NCBI GenBank assembly: GCA_016794505.1
Contig: JAEUJZ010000076.1
Location: 64,001-128,000, forward strand
Source of the DNA: Myxococcales bacterium
GTDB lineage: Bacteria > Myxococcota_A > Polyangia > Palsa-1104 > JAEUJZ01
DNA: 64,000 nt
Direction of reading: 5' to 3'
A program made the translations under genes and the position numbers. The notes below the pieces were generated by a model. That model was not told the origin of the DNA. It saw only the letters and a program-made list of their open reading frames with translations, and did no database searches. This document shows, piece by piece, positions 1 to 8,997 of the stretch; the first letter of the stretch is position 1, and each line of letters opens with the position of its first letter.

Positions 1-453
1 GAGCGCAACGTCAAGGGCGTCTATTACGTCATGGATAACTACGGCGACACCATCCCGACGAAGTCCGCGACGTTCGTGCCGCTGCCACAGAAAAAGATCC
101 TGCGCAGCATGGTGTCAAACGGCATCTGGGTGATGCACATCCTGGCCATGGATCAGCAAGGGTATCTGACCAAGGCCGCGATGCACCTGCGCGTCAACGT
201 CGGCCCCAACCCCGGCGCGGGCGGCGTGCTGGGCCTGGTGACCGACTCGATGAGCAAGCCGCTTGCCGGCGCCACCGTGACACTGAACCGCGGCCTGTAC
301 AGCCAGGCCACCAACAGCAGCGGCAACTACAACATCACGGGCATCTCGGCGGGCAGCTACGAGCTGAAAGTCAGCCAGGGCGGCAAGAGCACAACGCAGA
401 TGATCACCGTCACCAAGGACATGACGACGACGGTGAACATCAGCCTGCCCTAG
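1..453 (+). CDS. C-terminal fragment (5' truncated by the window edge) of a protein ending in a carboxypeptidase-regulatory-like (CarboxypepD_reg) beta-sandwich domain
   Basis: The frame is open from nt 1. The motif 'GLVTDS..PLAGATVTL....SGNYNITGISAGSYELKVS' is typical of CarbopepD_reg domains. Stop at 451-453. Confidence 0.45.
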   Translation, partial: ERNVKGVYYVMDNYGDTIPTKSATFVPLPQKKILRSMVSNGIWVMHILAMDQQGYLTKAAMHLRVNVGPNPGAGGVLGLVTDSMSKPLAGATVTLNRGLYSQATNSSGNYNITGISAGSYELKVSQGGKSTTQMITVTKDMTTTVNISLP

Positions 454-459
454 CGGCTC

Positions 460-852
460 CTAGAAGGTGCTGAAGCTGCCGCCGAGCTGACTGCAAGATG
501 CACGCAGCGCTTCCAGCTTGGTGGGTACGTGCTGGGGCGTGTAGAAGAGGGACGTGATGTAGCCGCAGCTTGTGCCGCACGAGGCATCTTTGGCCCGCGA
601 TGTGCAGCTGGCGATGGCGTTCTGCCTGGGGCATGGGCCATCGCCAGCGATCGCCGAACTATCGGTGCGACAGTTCGTGAGGATCTCTGTCTTGAGGGAA
701 GCGAAGCTGTCGTCGTATTCGCCGCAGACGCCATCGTCTTTTAGATCCCCGCAGTGAAATGCGGCACTCGACCCGCATCCCGGCAGCAGCGCAGCGGCGA
801 GGCTGAAGCCGACAAAAAGGACAACACGCGAAAGACAAGTGGACATGTTCAT
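460..852 (-). CDS. Cys-rich secreted lipoprotein, hypothetical
   Basis: An internal ATG is preceded by AAGGAG. Signal peptide with lipobox 'LLPGC' (MNMSTCLSRVVLFVGFSLAAALLPGC); about 10 Cys in the mature part. Confidence 0.45.
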   Translation of the reverse strand: MNMSTCLSRVVLFVGFSLAAALLPGCGSSAAFHCGDLKDDGVCGEYDDSFASLKTEILTNCRTDSSAIAGDGPCPRQNAIASCTSRAKDASCGTSCGYITSLFYTPQHVPTKLEALRASCSQLGGSFSTF

Positions 853-973
853 CTGCTCCTTCATTAGGCAGTTGGGCACACCGATCCACAGCGACACCAA
901 TACGGTGCCGTATGGACCTCGTTGGCTCTGACCAGCGCGCATCGTCGCGCGGGCAGAAACGGATCAAGGACTC

Positions 974-1483
974 TCAGCGCAGCGAGGGCAGCTCGGCGGC
1001 GCGAACCCGATCAAAAACCAGGCTGCCGCACACAAGCTGCGGCTTTGGTTGAAACAGCGAGCAGTCGAGCTCCAGGCGATTGCCGAACTGCTCACAGCCG
1101 TTCACGCAAGATGTCTCGATGCGGTACGCGTCGCCTTGGCTGCGCTGCCTGGAGCCAGAGTATTGCGATCGCGTCGGGCCCGTCCGCGTCTCGCGAAGAT
1201 CCAGCAGCACGTACGCGCTGCTGGCATACGTGTACAGCACCCAGACCAGGCTGCTGCGAACGCCTTGCCAGACCGCATTTTCGGTATCGAGATCAGGAAA
1301 GCGCACCTGACCCTCGCGAAGGCACGTTCCCTCATCGCAGTGATAGCCAGTCACGCAGTCGCCATCGTACCGACAGAGGTTCTTGTACTGTGGGTTGAGC
1401 TCACAGCCGACATCTCCAATAAAAAGACCCATCCAGACGATGAGCGGCGCGGTGATGCGGCGGAATGGGCGGTGCTGGTGCAT
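974..1483 (-). CDS. Cys-rich secreted protein, hypothetical
   Basis: The start was chosen at 'MHQHRPFRRITAPLIVWMGLFIG' (signal-like). There are many Cys (CxxC-like pairs). It is divergent from the ECF sigma gene. Confidence 0.4.
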   Translation of the reverse strand: MHQHRPFRRITAPLIVWMGLFIGDVGCELNPQYKNLCRYDGDCVTGYHCDEGTCLREGQVRFPDLDTENAVWQGVRSSLVWVLYTYASSAYVLLDLRETRTGPTRSQYSGSRQRSQGDAYRIETSCVNGCEQFGNRLELDCSLFQPKPQLVCGSLVFDRVRAAELPSLR

Positions 1484-1594
1484 GGCTGGCTCTGGGCTCG
1501 TCGCGTTCTGTGCCAAGCGAACACCCTCTCTTACGCGCCAGCCCAGCAACTTGGTCGAAAAAAATGCACCCCGTGGTAGCGTGCGGGGCCTTGC

Positions 1595-2299
1595 ATGCCG
1601 GGTTCGGTGCGAGAAAATTGGCACGAAGATCGCTCGCTGCTCGACGCGTTTCGTCGGGGAGAGCGGCCTGCTCTAAGCCAGATCTACTACGCGCACGTCG
1701 ACGACGTAGCGGGGGTAATACGGGCGGGCTTCACGCTCAAGGAACAGGGCATCTATGTGCCGGGGACCGGAACAGGCGATACCGAGCGCGAGCTTGTGCA
1801 GGAAGTATTTTTTCGCGCCTTTGAAGAGTCCGCCCGGCTCGCCTATGACGGGCTGCGCCCCTATGGCCCCTACCTTGGACGCATTGCCCGCAACCTTTTG
1901 ATCGATTGGCAGCGCCAGCGCCAGCGTCAGCTATCCAAGCAGGTCGACAGCGAAGCGCTCGACGGCTGCCCGGCTGCCAGCCCGGCTCGCGCGCACGAAG
2001 AAGAGCTTCACTGGAATCGCCTCGCTGCCGTTACAAAAGAGTACTTGGCGACCTTGGATGAACAGACCCGAAGGCTGGTTCGGCTGCGCTTCGAAGAAGA
2101 GCTCTCGCAGGAAGAGGCCGCGAGCCAGCTCGGACTCTCGCGCCGAAATGTGCGCACGCTGGAAGAGCATGTGCAGACCGGCTTGCGCCGTTTCCTGAAG
2201 CGCCGCGACCTGTGGCGCGATGCGTCCAGCGATGCGTCCTTGGGCTCGGCGTTTGGCGTCCCCGCGCGGGCGGGCGACGCGGAGAGGCTGTCAAAATGA
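1595..2299 (+). CDS. ECF-subfamily RNA polymerase sigma-70 factor
   Basis: Region 2 reads 'ELVQEVFFRAFE...'. Region 4 HTH reads 'LSQEEAASQLGLSRRNVRTLEEHVQTGLRRF'. Confidence 0.85.
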   Translation: MPGSVRENWHEDRSLLDAFRRGERPALSQIYYAHVDDVAGVIRAGFTLKEQGIYVPGTGTGDTERELVQEVFFRAFEESARLAYDGLRPYGPYLGRIARNLLIDWQRQRQRQLSKQVDSEALDGCPAASPARAHEEELHWNRLAAVTKEYLATLDEQTRRLVRLRFEEELSQEEAASQLGLSRRNVRTLEEHVQTGLRRFLKRRDLWRDASSDASLGSAFGVPARAGDAERLSK

Positions 2300-2955
2300 A
2301 GTACCTAGCCGCTCGCCTGCTGTCGGGGCGAAACCAGCTCTCGCGCATCGAGAAAGAAACGATCCTAGACAGTGTCCTGGATCGCGTGGCCGCAGCCGAG
2401 GCGCCCGCTGAGTCGGCTTCCAGGCCGCGGCGTCGATACGCTGTGCTGTGGTACGGCGCTCCCGTGGCGCTTGCGGCGGCCGGCTTCGCCGTCTTTCTGC
2501 TCGTGCGTCCCTCGCCGCCCCCGCCCGGCGAATTTACCGCCCGAGGTGGGGCGGTATCGAGCTCCAAGGATCCTGACTTTGCGCTGCGCTGCATCGATGC
2601 GCATGGCCAGGCCCCCTGCCGCAGCGGTCTGCGCATGCTGTTCGTGCTGAGTCCAGAGGAGGCGCATCCATACTTCGCGGCCTATGCCCAGCACCCAGAC
2701 GGCACCCTGCTTTGGTATCTGCCCGAGCAGGCGAGCGAAACGAGCATCGATCTGCGCGCCGCGAGCCAACAGGATGTCCTTTCGACCGCCATCACCTTAG
2801 GGCCCGAGCACCGGCCCGGCGTGTACCGCGTCCATGGGGTGTTCTCGACCACCCCGCTGTCGCGCGCAGCGATTCGAGCGGCGGTCAGCGCTGGCAGCAG
2901 CACCTCTGTGGTGGTGCGCACGAAAGAGCTCTTGCTTGCGTCGCCGATTCCCTGA
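2296..2955 (+). CDS. putative anti-sigma factor (single-pass membrane protein)
   Basis: ATGA overlap with the sigma gene stop (translational coupling). GGAG RBS. One TM helix 'VALAAAGFAVFLLV'. The long ORF from 2212 is an unlikely extension. Confidence 0.55.
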   Translation: MKYLAARLLSGRNQLSRIEKETILDSVLDRVAAAEAPAESASRPRRRYAVLWYGAPVALAAAGFAVFLLVRPSPPPPGEFTARGGAVSSSKDPDFALRCIDAHGQAPCRSGLRMLFVLSPEEAHPYFAAYAQHPDGTLLWYLPEQASETSIDLRAASQQDVLSTAITLGPEHRPGVYRVHGVFSTTPLSRAAIRAAVSAGSSTSVVVRTKELLLASPIP

Positions 2956-4576
2956 TCGCGCGCAGCGCCGGATCACGGCCTCCTTCGCGGCATCCTTTGG
3001 GGCATCCCTCGGCCTGCTGCTGCTGCTTGTCGGCCGCGACGTTCCGCAGGCACACGCCCGCTCGGTGAGCTATGGCATCGCCATCGGCAACAACGCTCCG
3101 GCCGCTGGGCAGGTCGCACCGGTTCTACGCTATGCCGATGACGACGCAGCCCGGTTCTATCAGCTCTTCCGTCGCTTCACCGAGACCAGCTTCCTGCTGT
3201 CCGTCCTCGATCCCGACACGCAGCGTCGCTATCCCGAGCTAGCCTCGGTCTCGAAGGCACCGAGCCGCGCGAACCTGCTGCAGATCGTGACCGAGCTAGG
3301 GCAGCGGATGTCGCAAGACCGCGCCCGCGGCGATGAGCCCGTGCTGTACCTCAGCTACAGCGGACACGGCCTGCGGGATGGCGCAGAAGCGGCAGGACTC
3401 GCGCTTCTCGACGGACTATTGACGCAAGAGATCCTGTACGAGCACATCCTTTCGCGGCTGCCGCTTTCGTATGGCCACCTGTTTATCGACGCCTGTCATG
3501 CGGGTGCGGTCGTCGGTCTGCGCGGCCCCGGTGGCGAGCCCCGGACATCGTCCCCGGCCAAAGAGCTGGAAGCGGTGCGGGCTCCCGTATCGAGCCTGGA
3601 TCTGCGGGCGCTCACCGAAGGACGGCGAGCGCGCTTTCCCATGATCGGCATCCTGGCCGCGAGCACGGACGGCCACGAGTCGCATGAGTGGTCGCGACTG
3701 CAGTCAGGCGTCTTCAGCCATGAGGTGCTCTCGGGCTTGCTGGGGGCTGCCGATGCCAATCGCGATCTAAAGCTGGAGTACTCGGAAGTCCATGCCTTCG
3801 TCGCCGCGGCCAATCATGCCCTGCCGGATCCGCAGGCGGCGCCGCAGCTTCTGGTCTCGCCTCCACCGATCAACCAGCGCGTGCCCTTGCTCGTCTTGCG
3901 GGCGCTGCGTGACACGGCGTTTCTGACCGGACCCGCAGCACCCTTAGGTCGCTTTTACATCGAGCTCGCCAACGGTCAGCGTTACCTGGATGCGCGCTTT
4001 AGCGCCGATGCCAGCCCGACCCTGGCGGTGCCCGCCCACACGCAGCTCTTCATCCGCACCGTCGAGCAGGAAGCCGAGCTGAGCGTGCCTGCCGAAGCGA
4101 CCGTGCGACTCGATGCCTTGGCTCTGCATCCGCGGAGCAGCAGCTCGCGTGGCAGCGTCGAGCTGGCCTTTGAGCGTGCGCTCTTCGTCGAGCCCTATGG
4201 CCCCGCGTACTACCGCGGCTTCACCGATAGCCAAGGTCTGCCCAGCGTGGTCTTCGCAGACAGCCTCGCCAGCGCGGCCGGGAGCCCTGGTCATGCCGCC
4301 ACGCCCTCGTTACCGACCCGCACCTATCGACGCCCGCTCGCCATCAGCCTGCTGGTTCTCGGCAGTACTGCCGGCGCAGCGGCCGTGGCAGCGGGGGGCA
4401 TCGCGCTCAAGGCTCGCACCGACTTTGATGCGACGTTCTACCAGCGCGAGGCCTTCGCTGCGCGCGATCGATATACCCAAAGCAGCGCCGTCTTTTGGCC
4501 CTGCCTCAGCATCGCTGCACTCAGCGCGCTGGGCACCGGCCTTGCGTGGACGCCCAGAGGCAAAATGGGAAATTGA
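2936..4576 (+). CDS. peptidase C14 caspase-domain protein with N- and C-terminal hydrophobic segments
   Basis: The His-Gly 'YSGHG' and Cys 'FIDACHAG' catalytic dyad motifs are spaced as in caspases/metacaspases. The start is uncertain: TTG 2936 gives a Tat/Sec-like leader 'RRRFPDRAQRRITASFAASFGASLGLLLLLV'; ATG 2834 is the alternative. A C-terminal TM helix is present. Confidence 0.7.
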   Translation: MRRRFPDRAQRRITASFAASFGASLGLLLLLVGRDVPQAHARSVSYGIAIGNNAPAAGQVAPVLRYADDDAARFYQLFRRFTETSFLLSVLDPDTQRRYPELASVSKAPSRANLLQIVTELGQRMSQDRARGDEPVLYLSYSGHGLRDGAEAAGLALLDGLLTQEILYEHILSRLPLSYGHLFIDACHAGAVVGLRGPGGEPRTSSPAKELEAVRAPVSSLDLRALTEGRRARFPMIGILAASTDGHESHEWSRLQSGVFSHEVLSGLLGAADANRDLKLEYSEVHAFVAAANHALPDPQAAPQLLVSPPPINQRVPLLVLRALRDTAFLTGPAAPLGRFYIELANGQRYLDARFSADASPTLAVPAHTQLFIRTVEQEAELSVPAEATVRLDALALHPRSSSSRGSVELAFERALFVEPYGPAYYRGFTDSQGLPSVVFADSLASAAGSPGHAATPSLPTRTYRRPLAISLLVLGSTAGAAAVAAGGIALKARTDFDATFYQREAFAARDRYTQSSAVFWPCLSIAALSALGTGLAWTPRGKMGN

Positions 4577-4620
4577 CGCGACACGCCGCGTTCGGGTAGG
4601 TTCTCGATCACGCCCTTTCC

Positions 4621-4693
4621 GGGGGAATAGCTCAGTTGGTAGAGCACCGGCTTTGCAAGCCGGGTGTCGTGGGTTCGAATCCCATTTCCTCCA
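4621..4693 (+). tRNA. tRNA-Ala (anticodon TGC)
   Basis: Cloverleaf by eye: acceptor stem GGGGGAA/TTCCTCC with a G3:U70 pair (the Ala identity element), anticodon loop tTTGCAa, T-loop GGTTCGAATCC. Confidence 0.88.
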
Positions 4694-4849
4694 CTTCTTT
4701 TGGTTTGCGTGGGTGGGCGCTGACCTGCCCGCTTCCCTGTACGCGTTTGCTTCGTCGAGCCTGATTGGTCCACCCCCTCGGCACGCGGGGCAGAGCCAGG
4801 GGCCATCCCAGCGGTCCCGGCTGTCCCGTCTGGACACTGGAGACCCCCG

Positions 4850-5410
4850 ATGCACCTGCCCACGCTTCTGCGCTCGTTTTCGCTGCTCTTTCTCTGCTCG
4901 GCCTTCGCAGCCTGTCCGCCTCCGCCACCACCGGGCCCCGGCCCGACGGGCGAGGTCGTCACCCAAGCCACCGCCACCATCGAATCAAGAAGCGGCAGCA
5001 CCGTGACCGGCAGCGCGTCGTTCGAGCAAGTGGCCAACAAGGTCAAGGTCGTCGTCGAGATCGGCGGCGCCACCGCTGGCCAGCATGGCCTGCACATCCA
5101 TGAAAAGGGCGACTGCTCGGATCCCGCGGCCAAGTCGGCCGGCGATCACTTCAACCCCGGCAAGTCCGATCACGGCGGGCCCGAAAAGCCCAGCCACCAT
5201 GCCGGCGACTTCGGCAACATGACCATCGGCGAAGACGGCAAGGGCCGGCTTGAGATCGAGCTTGACGCAGTCAGCGTCAGCCAGGGTGCCAACGCCATCC
5301 TCGGGCGGTCCATCGTGTTTCACGAGAAGCCCGACGATCTGACGACGCAGCCCAGCGGCAACTCGGGCGTGCGTCAGGGCTGTGGCGTCATCGTCGCGCT
5401 GAAGAAGTAA
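4850..5410 (+). CDS. sodC: Cu/Zn superoxide dismutase, lipoprotein form
   Basis: 'GLHIHEKGDC...HFNP...HHAGDFGN...GRSIVFHEKPDD...GNSGVRQGCGVI' are the SodC metal ligands and C-terminal motif. Lipobox LFLC. Confidence 0.9.
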   Translation: MHLPTLLRSFSLLFLCSAFAACPPPPPPGPGPTGEVVTQATATIESRSGSTVTGSASFEQVANKVKVVVEIGGATAGQHGLHIHEKGDCSDPAAKSAGDHFNPGKSDHGGPEKPSHHAGDFGNMTIGEDGKGRLEIELDAVSVSQGANAILGRSIVFHEKPDDLTTQPSGNSGVRQGCGVIVALKK

Positions 5411-5447
5411 CCGTCGCAACGCTTCTCGCCAAAAGGAACGAACCCAC

Positions 5448-6263
5448 GTGGACACGGACAGCAGACCGCAGAATCCCTTTGCGCAGCCGGTCTCGGCGTT
5501 TATGGCCAAGCCTGTTCTGACCATTCACCCCGATGCCTCGCTGCAGGAAGCCGAGCGCCGCCTGGAAGACGCGCCGTTTTCGTGCCTGGCCGTCACCGAT
5601 GTCGAGGGTCACTTGTGCGGCGTCGTGTCGCGCACCGACCTTCTGCGCGTGGGTCGCCTGCGCGCCTCGATGGCCGATGACACGCACCTGCTCAAGCTTC
5701 CGCACCAGACCCTGCGGACGCGCATGACCAAGGACGTGATCACCGCCGATCCCAGCACGCCGCTTCAGGCCGTCGCTGCCGAGATGGTGCAGAAGCACAT
5801 CCATCGCATCTTCATCGTCGAAAACAGCCGACCCGTTGGCGTGCTCTCGACGCGCGATCTCATGCAGGCCATCGTGCAGGCGCGCATCGCCGATCCCATC
5901 AAGCGCTGGATGTCGAGCCCGGTCATGACCGTGTCCGCCACCGCCACCATCGGCGAGGCGACCGACCTTCTGCAGGAAGCGCGCGTCCGCGGCCTGGTCG
6001 TCGAAGATCAAGAGTGGCCCGTCGGCCTGTTCACGCAGACCGAGGCCCTGTTGTGCGCATCGCAAGATGCCGGCACCAAGGTCGAAGACGCCATGAGCTG
6101 TGCGCTGCTCTGCCTACCCCTCAACATGCCGCTGTTCCGCGCCGCTGCCCTCGCGCTTGAGACGCGGGCTCGCCGCATCCTCGCCACCGCCAACCGCGAG
6201 ATCCACGGCATCCTCTCGGGCCTCGACATCGCCCGCGTCATCGCCTCCTTCGCGACCCCCTAG
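5448..6263 (+). CDS. CBS domain-containing protein
   Basis: GTG start with an upstream AAGGA. Repeated CBS-like units ('LTIHPDASLQEA...VTDVEGHLCGVVSRTDLLR', 'VITADPSTPLQAVAAEM...IVENSRPVGVLSTRDLM'). Confidence 0.8.
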   Translation: MDTDSRPQNPFAQPVSAFMAKPVLTIHPDASLQEAERRLEDAPFSCLAVTDVEGHLCGVVSRTDLLRVGRLRASMADDTHLLKLPHQTLRTRMTKDVITADPSTPLQAVAAEMVQKHIHRIFIVENSRPVGVLSTRDLMQAIVQARIADPIKRWMSSPVMTVSATATIGEATDLLQEARVRGLVVEDQEWPVGLFTQTEALLCASQDAGTKVEDAMSCALLCLPLNMPLFRAAALALETRARRILATANREIHGILSGLDIARVIASFATP

Positions 6264-6280
6264 CGTCCCCGCCCCGCCGG

Positions 6281-6365
6281 AAGCCCACTCTGCAGTGCTG
6301 GAAGGCCACTCTGCAGCGCTGGAAGCCCTCTTTTCAGTGCTGGAAGGCCACTCTGCAGAGCCTTG
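6281..6365. repeat. tandem 21-bp repeat array, about 3.5 units (ccactctgcagcgctggaag / ccctcttttcagtgctggaag alternating)
   Basis: Seen directly. The same unit family recurs at 11497-11722. The core contains the palindrome CAGCGCTG. Confidence 0.8.
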
Positions 6366-6396
6366 CACTTTTTTAGGCGTCGGGCGCCCGGCTGCA

Positions 6397-6430
6397 CATT
6401 TTTAGGACCGGCTGCACATTTTTAGCTCGG
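6397..6430. repeat. two copies of the 15-mer ctgcacatttttag(g), direct repeats at the left edge of the low-GC island
   Basis: Seen directly. Copies are also present at 11447-11481 on the right edge. Confidence 0.75.
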
Positions 6431-6474
6431 GGCCACGCCCGGGTCGGTCAAGCGTCTGTTGTACAATTTCAGAA

Positions 6475-6732
6475 ATGATCGTTCCGCCTCGGCCAATGAC
6501 CCCTGAGGAAAAAGCTCGGTTCGAAGAACGCGTAAGACAGGTCGATGAGCACATCCGCCAACGCGGGCTGCAAACTGAGTACCCCTTCGAGCCATCCGAT
6601 ACCGAGCAACTTGTGGAGGATGTGCGTGACTATTTCATTCGGGTGCGGAAGCGCACCATAGTCAAGCCATATCGGGACAATCCGGGCAGTCTTTACCGTG
6701 GAACTGGTCGCTGGGTGATGTTCATCCAATAG
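6475..6732 (+). CDS. hypothetical protein (85 aa)
   Basis: An ORF in the low-GC island with no clear RBS. Confidence 0.3.
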   Translation: MIVPPRPMTPEEKARFEERVRQVDEHIRQRGLQTEYPFEPSDTEQLVEDVRDYFIRVRKRTIVKPYRDNPGSLYRGTGRWVMFIQ

Positions 6733-6752
6733 ACGCCAAGTCATCGAATTGG

Positions 6753-7091
6753 CTACTTCACCAGTGCGAGACCTCCCGGTTGTCGCGGCGCCTCCTCAAC
6801 CACGGTGTTCTCGTCCTTGAAGTCCGACGTGATGACGTGCCCGCAGTTAGGGCACGCGCCCGGCGGCAGGAACTTGCCGACGAGTAGATCGTCGATCATG
6901 ACCCCTGCCAGCCGCGCGACGCGAAACGCTAGGCTTGCAGAGACGGGATCGCTGCCACGAATCACGGTCTTAATGGTCTCCGTCTTTGCCTTCACTCCAT
7001 CGGCGACTGCTTGCCATGTGCCAAGACGGTTGTGGAGATAGCGCAGCGCTGCGCGGACGTGTTGCTGTTCTTTGGCGTCTAGATCGCTCAT
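6753..7091 (-). CDS. hypothetical small protein with C-terminal CPNC zinc-ribbon-like motif, co-transcribed with the transposase
   Basis: Its ATG overlaps the transposase stop (TAATG). The long ORF to 7385 is antisense to the transposase and is rejected as an extension. Confidence 0.45.
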   Translation of the reverse strand: MSDLDAKEQQHVRAALRYLHNRLGTWQAVADGVKAKTETIKTVIRGSDPVSASLAFRVARLAGVMIDDLLVGKFLPPGACPNCGHVITSDFKDENTVVEEAPRQPGGLALVK

Positions 7092-8395
7092 TAGGGCACC
7101 AGGGTTAGATGGGGACGGGTGGCGGCAGCCTTGACGGGCTGCGCGTCCTGCCAGAACGTCGGCGCGAGGCCGGCGGAAAAGACTGCCTGCACTACGCAGG
7201 TCAGGTTGTGCAGCAGGCACTTGGCCAGGACTTCGTTGACCTGCGCCGTCGTGGTCTTGGAGCGCACCGACGCGCCGAACTTGCTCTTGAGCATCCACAT
7301 GACGCTCTCGACGTTGCTGCGGCGATGATAGTGCGGCAGGAAGCGATCCTGGTTGAACAGGAACTCGCACAGACGGCGCGACCACGAGGGGCGCTTGGGA
7401 TCGACCTGCGCGTTGACCTTGAACGGGATGAACGGCTCGACACCGAACGACTCCAGGGTGTCGATGTTGTCCTTGCTGCTGTACGCCTTGTCGGCGCTCA
7501 TCTCGCGCACGGTGAAGTTGCGCATGGTCTGCGTCAGTAGCTCTGGCAACTGCGGGCAGTCGGCGGCAGACGTGACCTTGACGCCAGTGATCACATGCGT
7601 TGCCGTTCCGACAGCCACATGCAATTTGACCCAGGGGTGACGCGCGGCGAGTTTGCCGTGCTTCTGGTCAAACCAGCGGTCGTAAGTCACCGTCGAGAAC
7701 CCGGTGGAATCGATCGCGAACTGGCCCATTTCCAGCGCCGCGAGCGGCTTGGCGCTCTCTTCGATGAGCGAGATCAAGATCGCCGTCGATGACTCATCGG
7801 CGAGGAAGTTGGAAATCGTGTTGAAGTGCGCGACCCGACCGAGGGTGCCCTTCTCGACGCTGTCAGCCAGATCCGACTGAACGCGGCGCTGCGACTTCAT
7901 GCTGTAGACCTTGGCGACAGCGGCGAAGGCTTGATCCTTCAGTGGGATCGGCTTGCGGCCACGGCAGCCCGGCGCACGCACAGGCTCCTCGACGCCGTCG
8001 CACAACTCGCGCAACAGACGCTCAACGTAGGCGCCTTCGCTGGTCTGCGACGCGTTGTAGGCCGACCAATCCCGCGCAACGGTCTTGCGCTTGACCGTGA
8101 CGGTCTCTGTTACGCCACCGTCGGCAGCCACTTCTGAGCCCCACGCGATGAAAAAGTAGGTCGCGTGAACGTGCTTGCAGGGAGAGCGACGGAGTTCCCA
8201 GTCGGGGCAGGTGCAGCTCTCTTCGATGATATCGACGAGATACTTGCTCGCAGTCTGCGACTCCGACGGCACAGCGTACCGAGAACCGATCGTCTTGATC
8301 CCGCCCCGCTTGGCGATCTGACGGCCACGCTCCTCGCGCGTCGTCGGCAGCGGCAGGTAGTTCGAGACGGTGTTTTCGGCGGCGTTCGTTTCCAT
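7091..8395 (-). CDS. DDE-type transposase (IS4/IS5-like fold) with N-terminal SWIM-type zinc finger
   Basis: 'CTCPDWELRRSPCKHVHA' is a CxC-x(n)-CxH SWIM finger. DDE-like residues: 'FAIDSTGF', 'MSADKAYSS', '...ESVMWMLKSKF'. Confidence 0.7.
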   Translation of the reverse strand: METNAAENTVSNYLPLPTTREERGRQIAKRGGIKTIGSRYAVPSESQTASKYLVDIIEESCTCPDWELRRSPCKHVHATYFFIAWGSEVAADGGVTETVTVKRKTVARDWSAYNASQTSEGAYVERLLRELCDGVEEPVRAPGCRGRKPIPLKDQAFAAVAKVYSMKSQRRVQSDLADSVEKGTLGRVAHFNTISNFLADESSTAILISLIEESAKPLAALEMGQFAIDSTGFSTVTYDRWFDQKHGKLAARHPWVKLHVAVGTATHVITGVKVTSAADCPQLPELLTQTMRNFTVREMSADKAYSSKDNIDTLESFGVEPFIPFKVNAQVDPKRPSWSRRLCEFLFNQDRFLPHYHRRSNVESVMWMLKSKFGASVRSKTTTAQVNEVLAKCLLHNLTCVVQAVFSAGLAPTFWQDAQPVKAAATRPHLTLVP

Positions 8396-8397
8396 GC

Positions 8398-8457
8398 ACT
8401 TAATATGCGCATGGAAACTGAATTTGACAAGATATTTTTCATGCGCATATTAAGTGC
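8398..8457. promoter_or_regulatory. perfect 17-bp inverted repeat (cacttaatatgcgcatg ... catgcgcatattaagtg) in the divergent transposase / RHH-gene intergenic region; probable operator
   Basis: Seen directly. The right arm abuts the RHH gene start. Confidence 0.45.
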
Positions 8458-8459
8458 CC

Positions 8460-8651
8460 ATGGCCAAGCCCTCGAAAAAGCCCCGCATGGGGCGCCCCCC
8501 CGTCGCTGATGAAGATCGCAGGACGACTCACATCAAAGTGCTCCTTACGGAAACCGAGCGCGAAACTCTAGAGCAAGCCGCCAAGCCCACCGGACAAGGC
8601 GTCTCGACCTGGGTGCGCATGGTGGCCCTAGAGAGAGCACAGCAAAACTGA
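8460..8651 (+). CDS. ribbon-helix-helix (CopG/MobC-like) DNA-binding protein
   Basis: 'MGRPPVADEDRRTTHIKVLLTETERETLEQAAK...STWVRMVALE' follows the RHH pattern. Confidence 0.5.
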   Translation: MAKPSKKPRMGRPPVADEDRRTTHIKVLLTETERETLEQAAKPTGQGVSTWVRMVALERAQQN

Positions 8652-8652
8652 G

Positions 8653-8685
8653 GCCCGCCGCCCGGCCACAAGCCGGACGGCGGGC
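8653..8685. terminator. GC-rich hairpin (GCCCGCCG...CGGCGGGC) just after the RHH gene stop
   Basis: An inverted repeat with an 8-bp outer stem plus a 5-bp inner stem, seen directly. There is no clear U-tract. Confidence 0.3.
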
Positions 8686-8955
8686 TATCGCTTACGCGAT
8701 ATGGATGGGCACGCGGCGACCATCGATCGTGCGAATCACAATCGGCTGGCCGCAGCAGCAACTCTTAGCGGTGCAGGTCATTGCCTGTCCTCCAAGTTGT
8801 TAGGGTTGGAGGCGCAGCGACACCGTTGACACATCGCCCGGCATAAGTCAGGCTGACCGCTGACGGTTCCACACGTCGCGGCGTGATGTGCTTCCAACAC
8901 ACTGCGCCAGGTTTGGGATGTTGTCGGTGTTAGCGCACCGCGAGTCTCCCAACCG

Positions 8956-8979
8956 GGAATGGCCTTTTTAAGCCATTCC
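8956..8979. terminator. hairpin GGAATGGC-cttttaa-GCCATTCC just 3' of the 161-aa gene
   Basis: Seen directly. AT-rich flanks. Confidence 0.3.
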
Positions 8980-8997
8980 TTTATGTAAGGCTATGCA

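Noticed and set aside
2212-2295. Longer anti-sigma ORF starting at 2212
   Set aside because: It would overlap the sigma gene by 88 nt. An ATG at 2296 with a GGAG RBS and ATGA coupling is far more plausible.
4621-4693. tRNA-Ala as the integration site for the island
   Set aside because: The island boundary lies about 1.7 kb away, with sodC and a CBS gene in between. There is no tRNA 3'-end duplication at the far boundary.
4113-5133. Several long ORFs (4113-5006 +, 4310-4966 -, 4438-5133 -) overlapping the tRNA-Ala and the sodC 5' region
   Set aside because: They overlap a clear tRNA. They have Arg/Ala/Pro-rich, low-complexity composition typical of out-of-frame or antisense reading of high-GC DNA.
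6753-7385. The 210-aa form of the small ORF extending over the transposase 3' end
   Set aside because: The extension is antisense to the transposase. An internal ATG exactly abutting the transposase stop gives a compact coupled gene.
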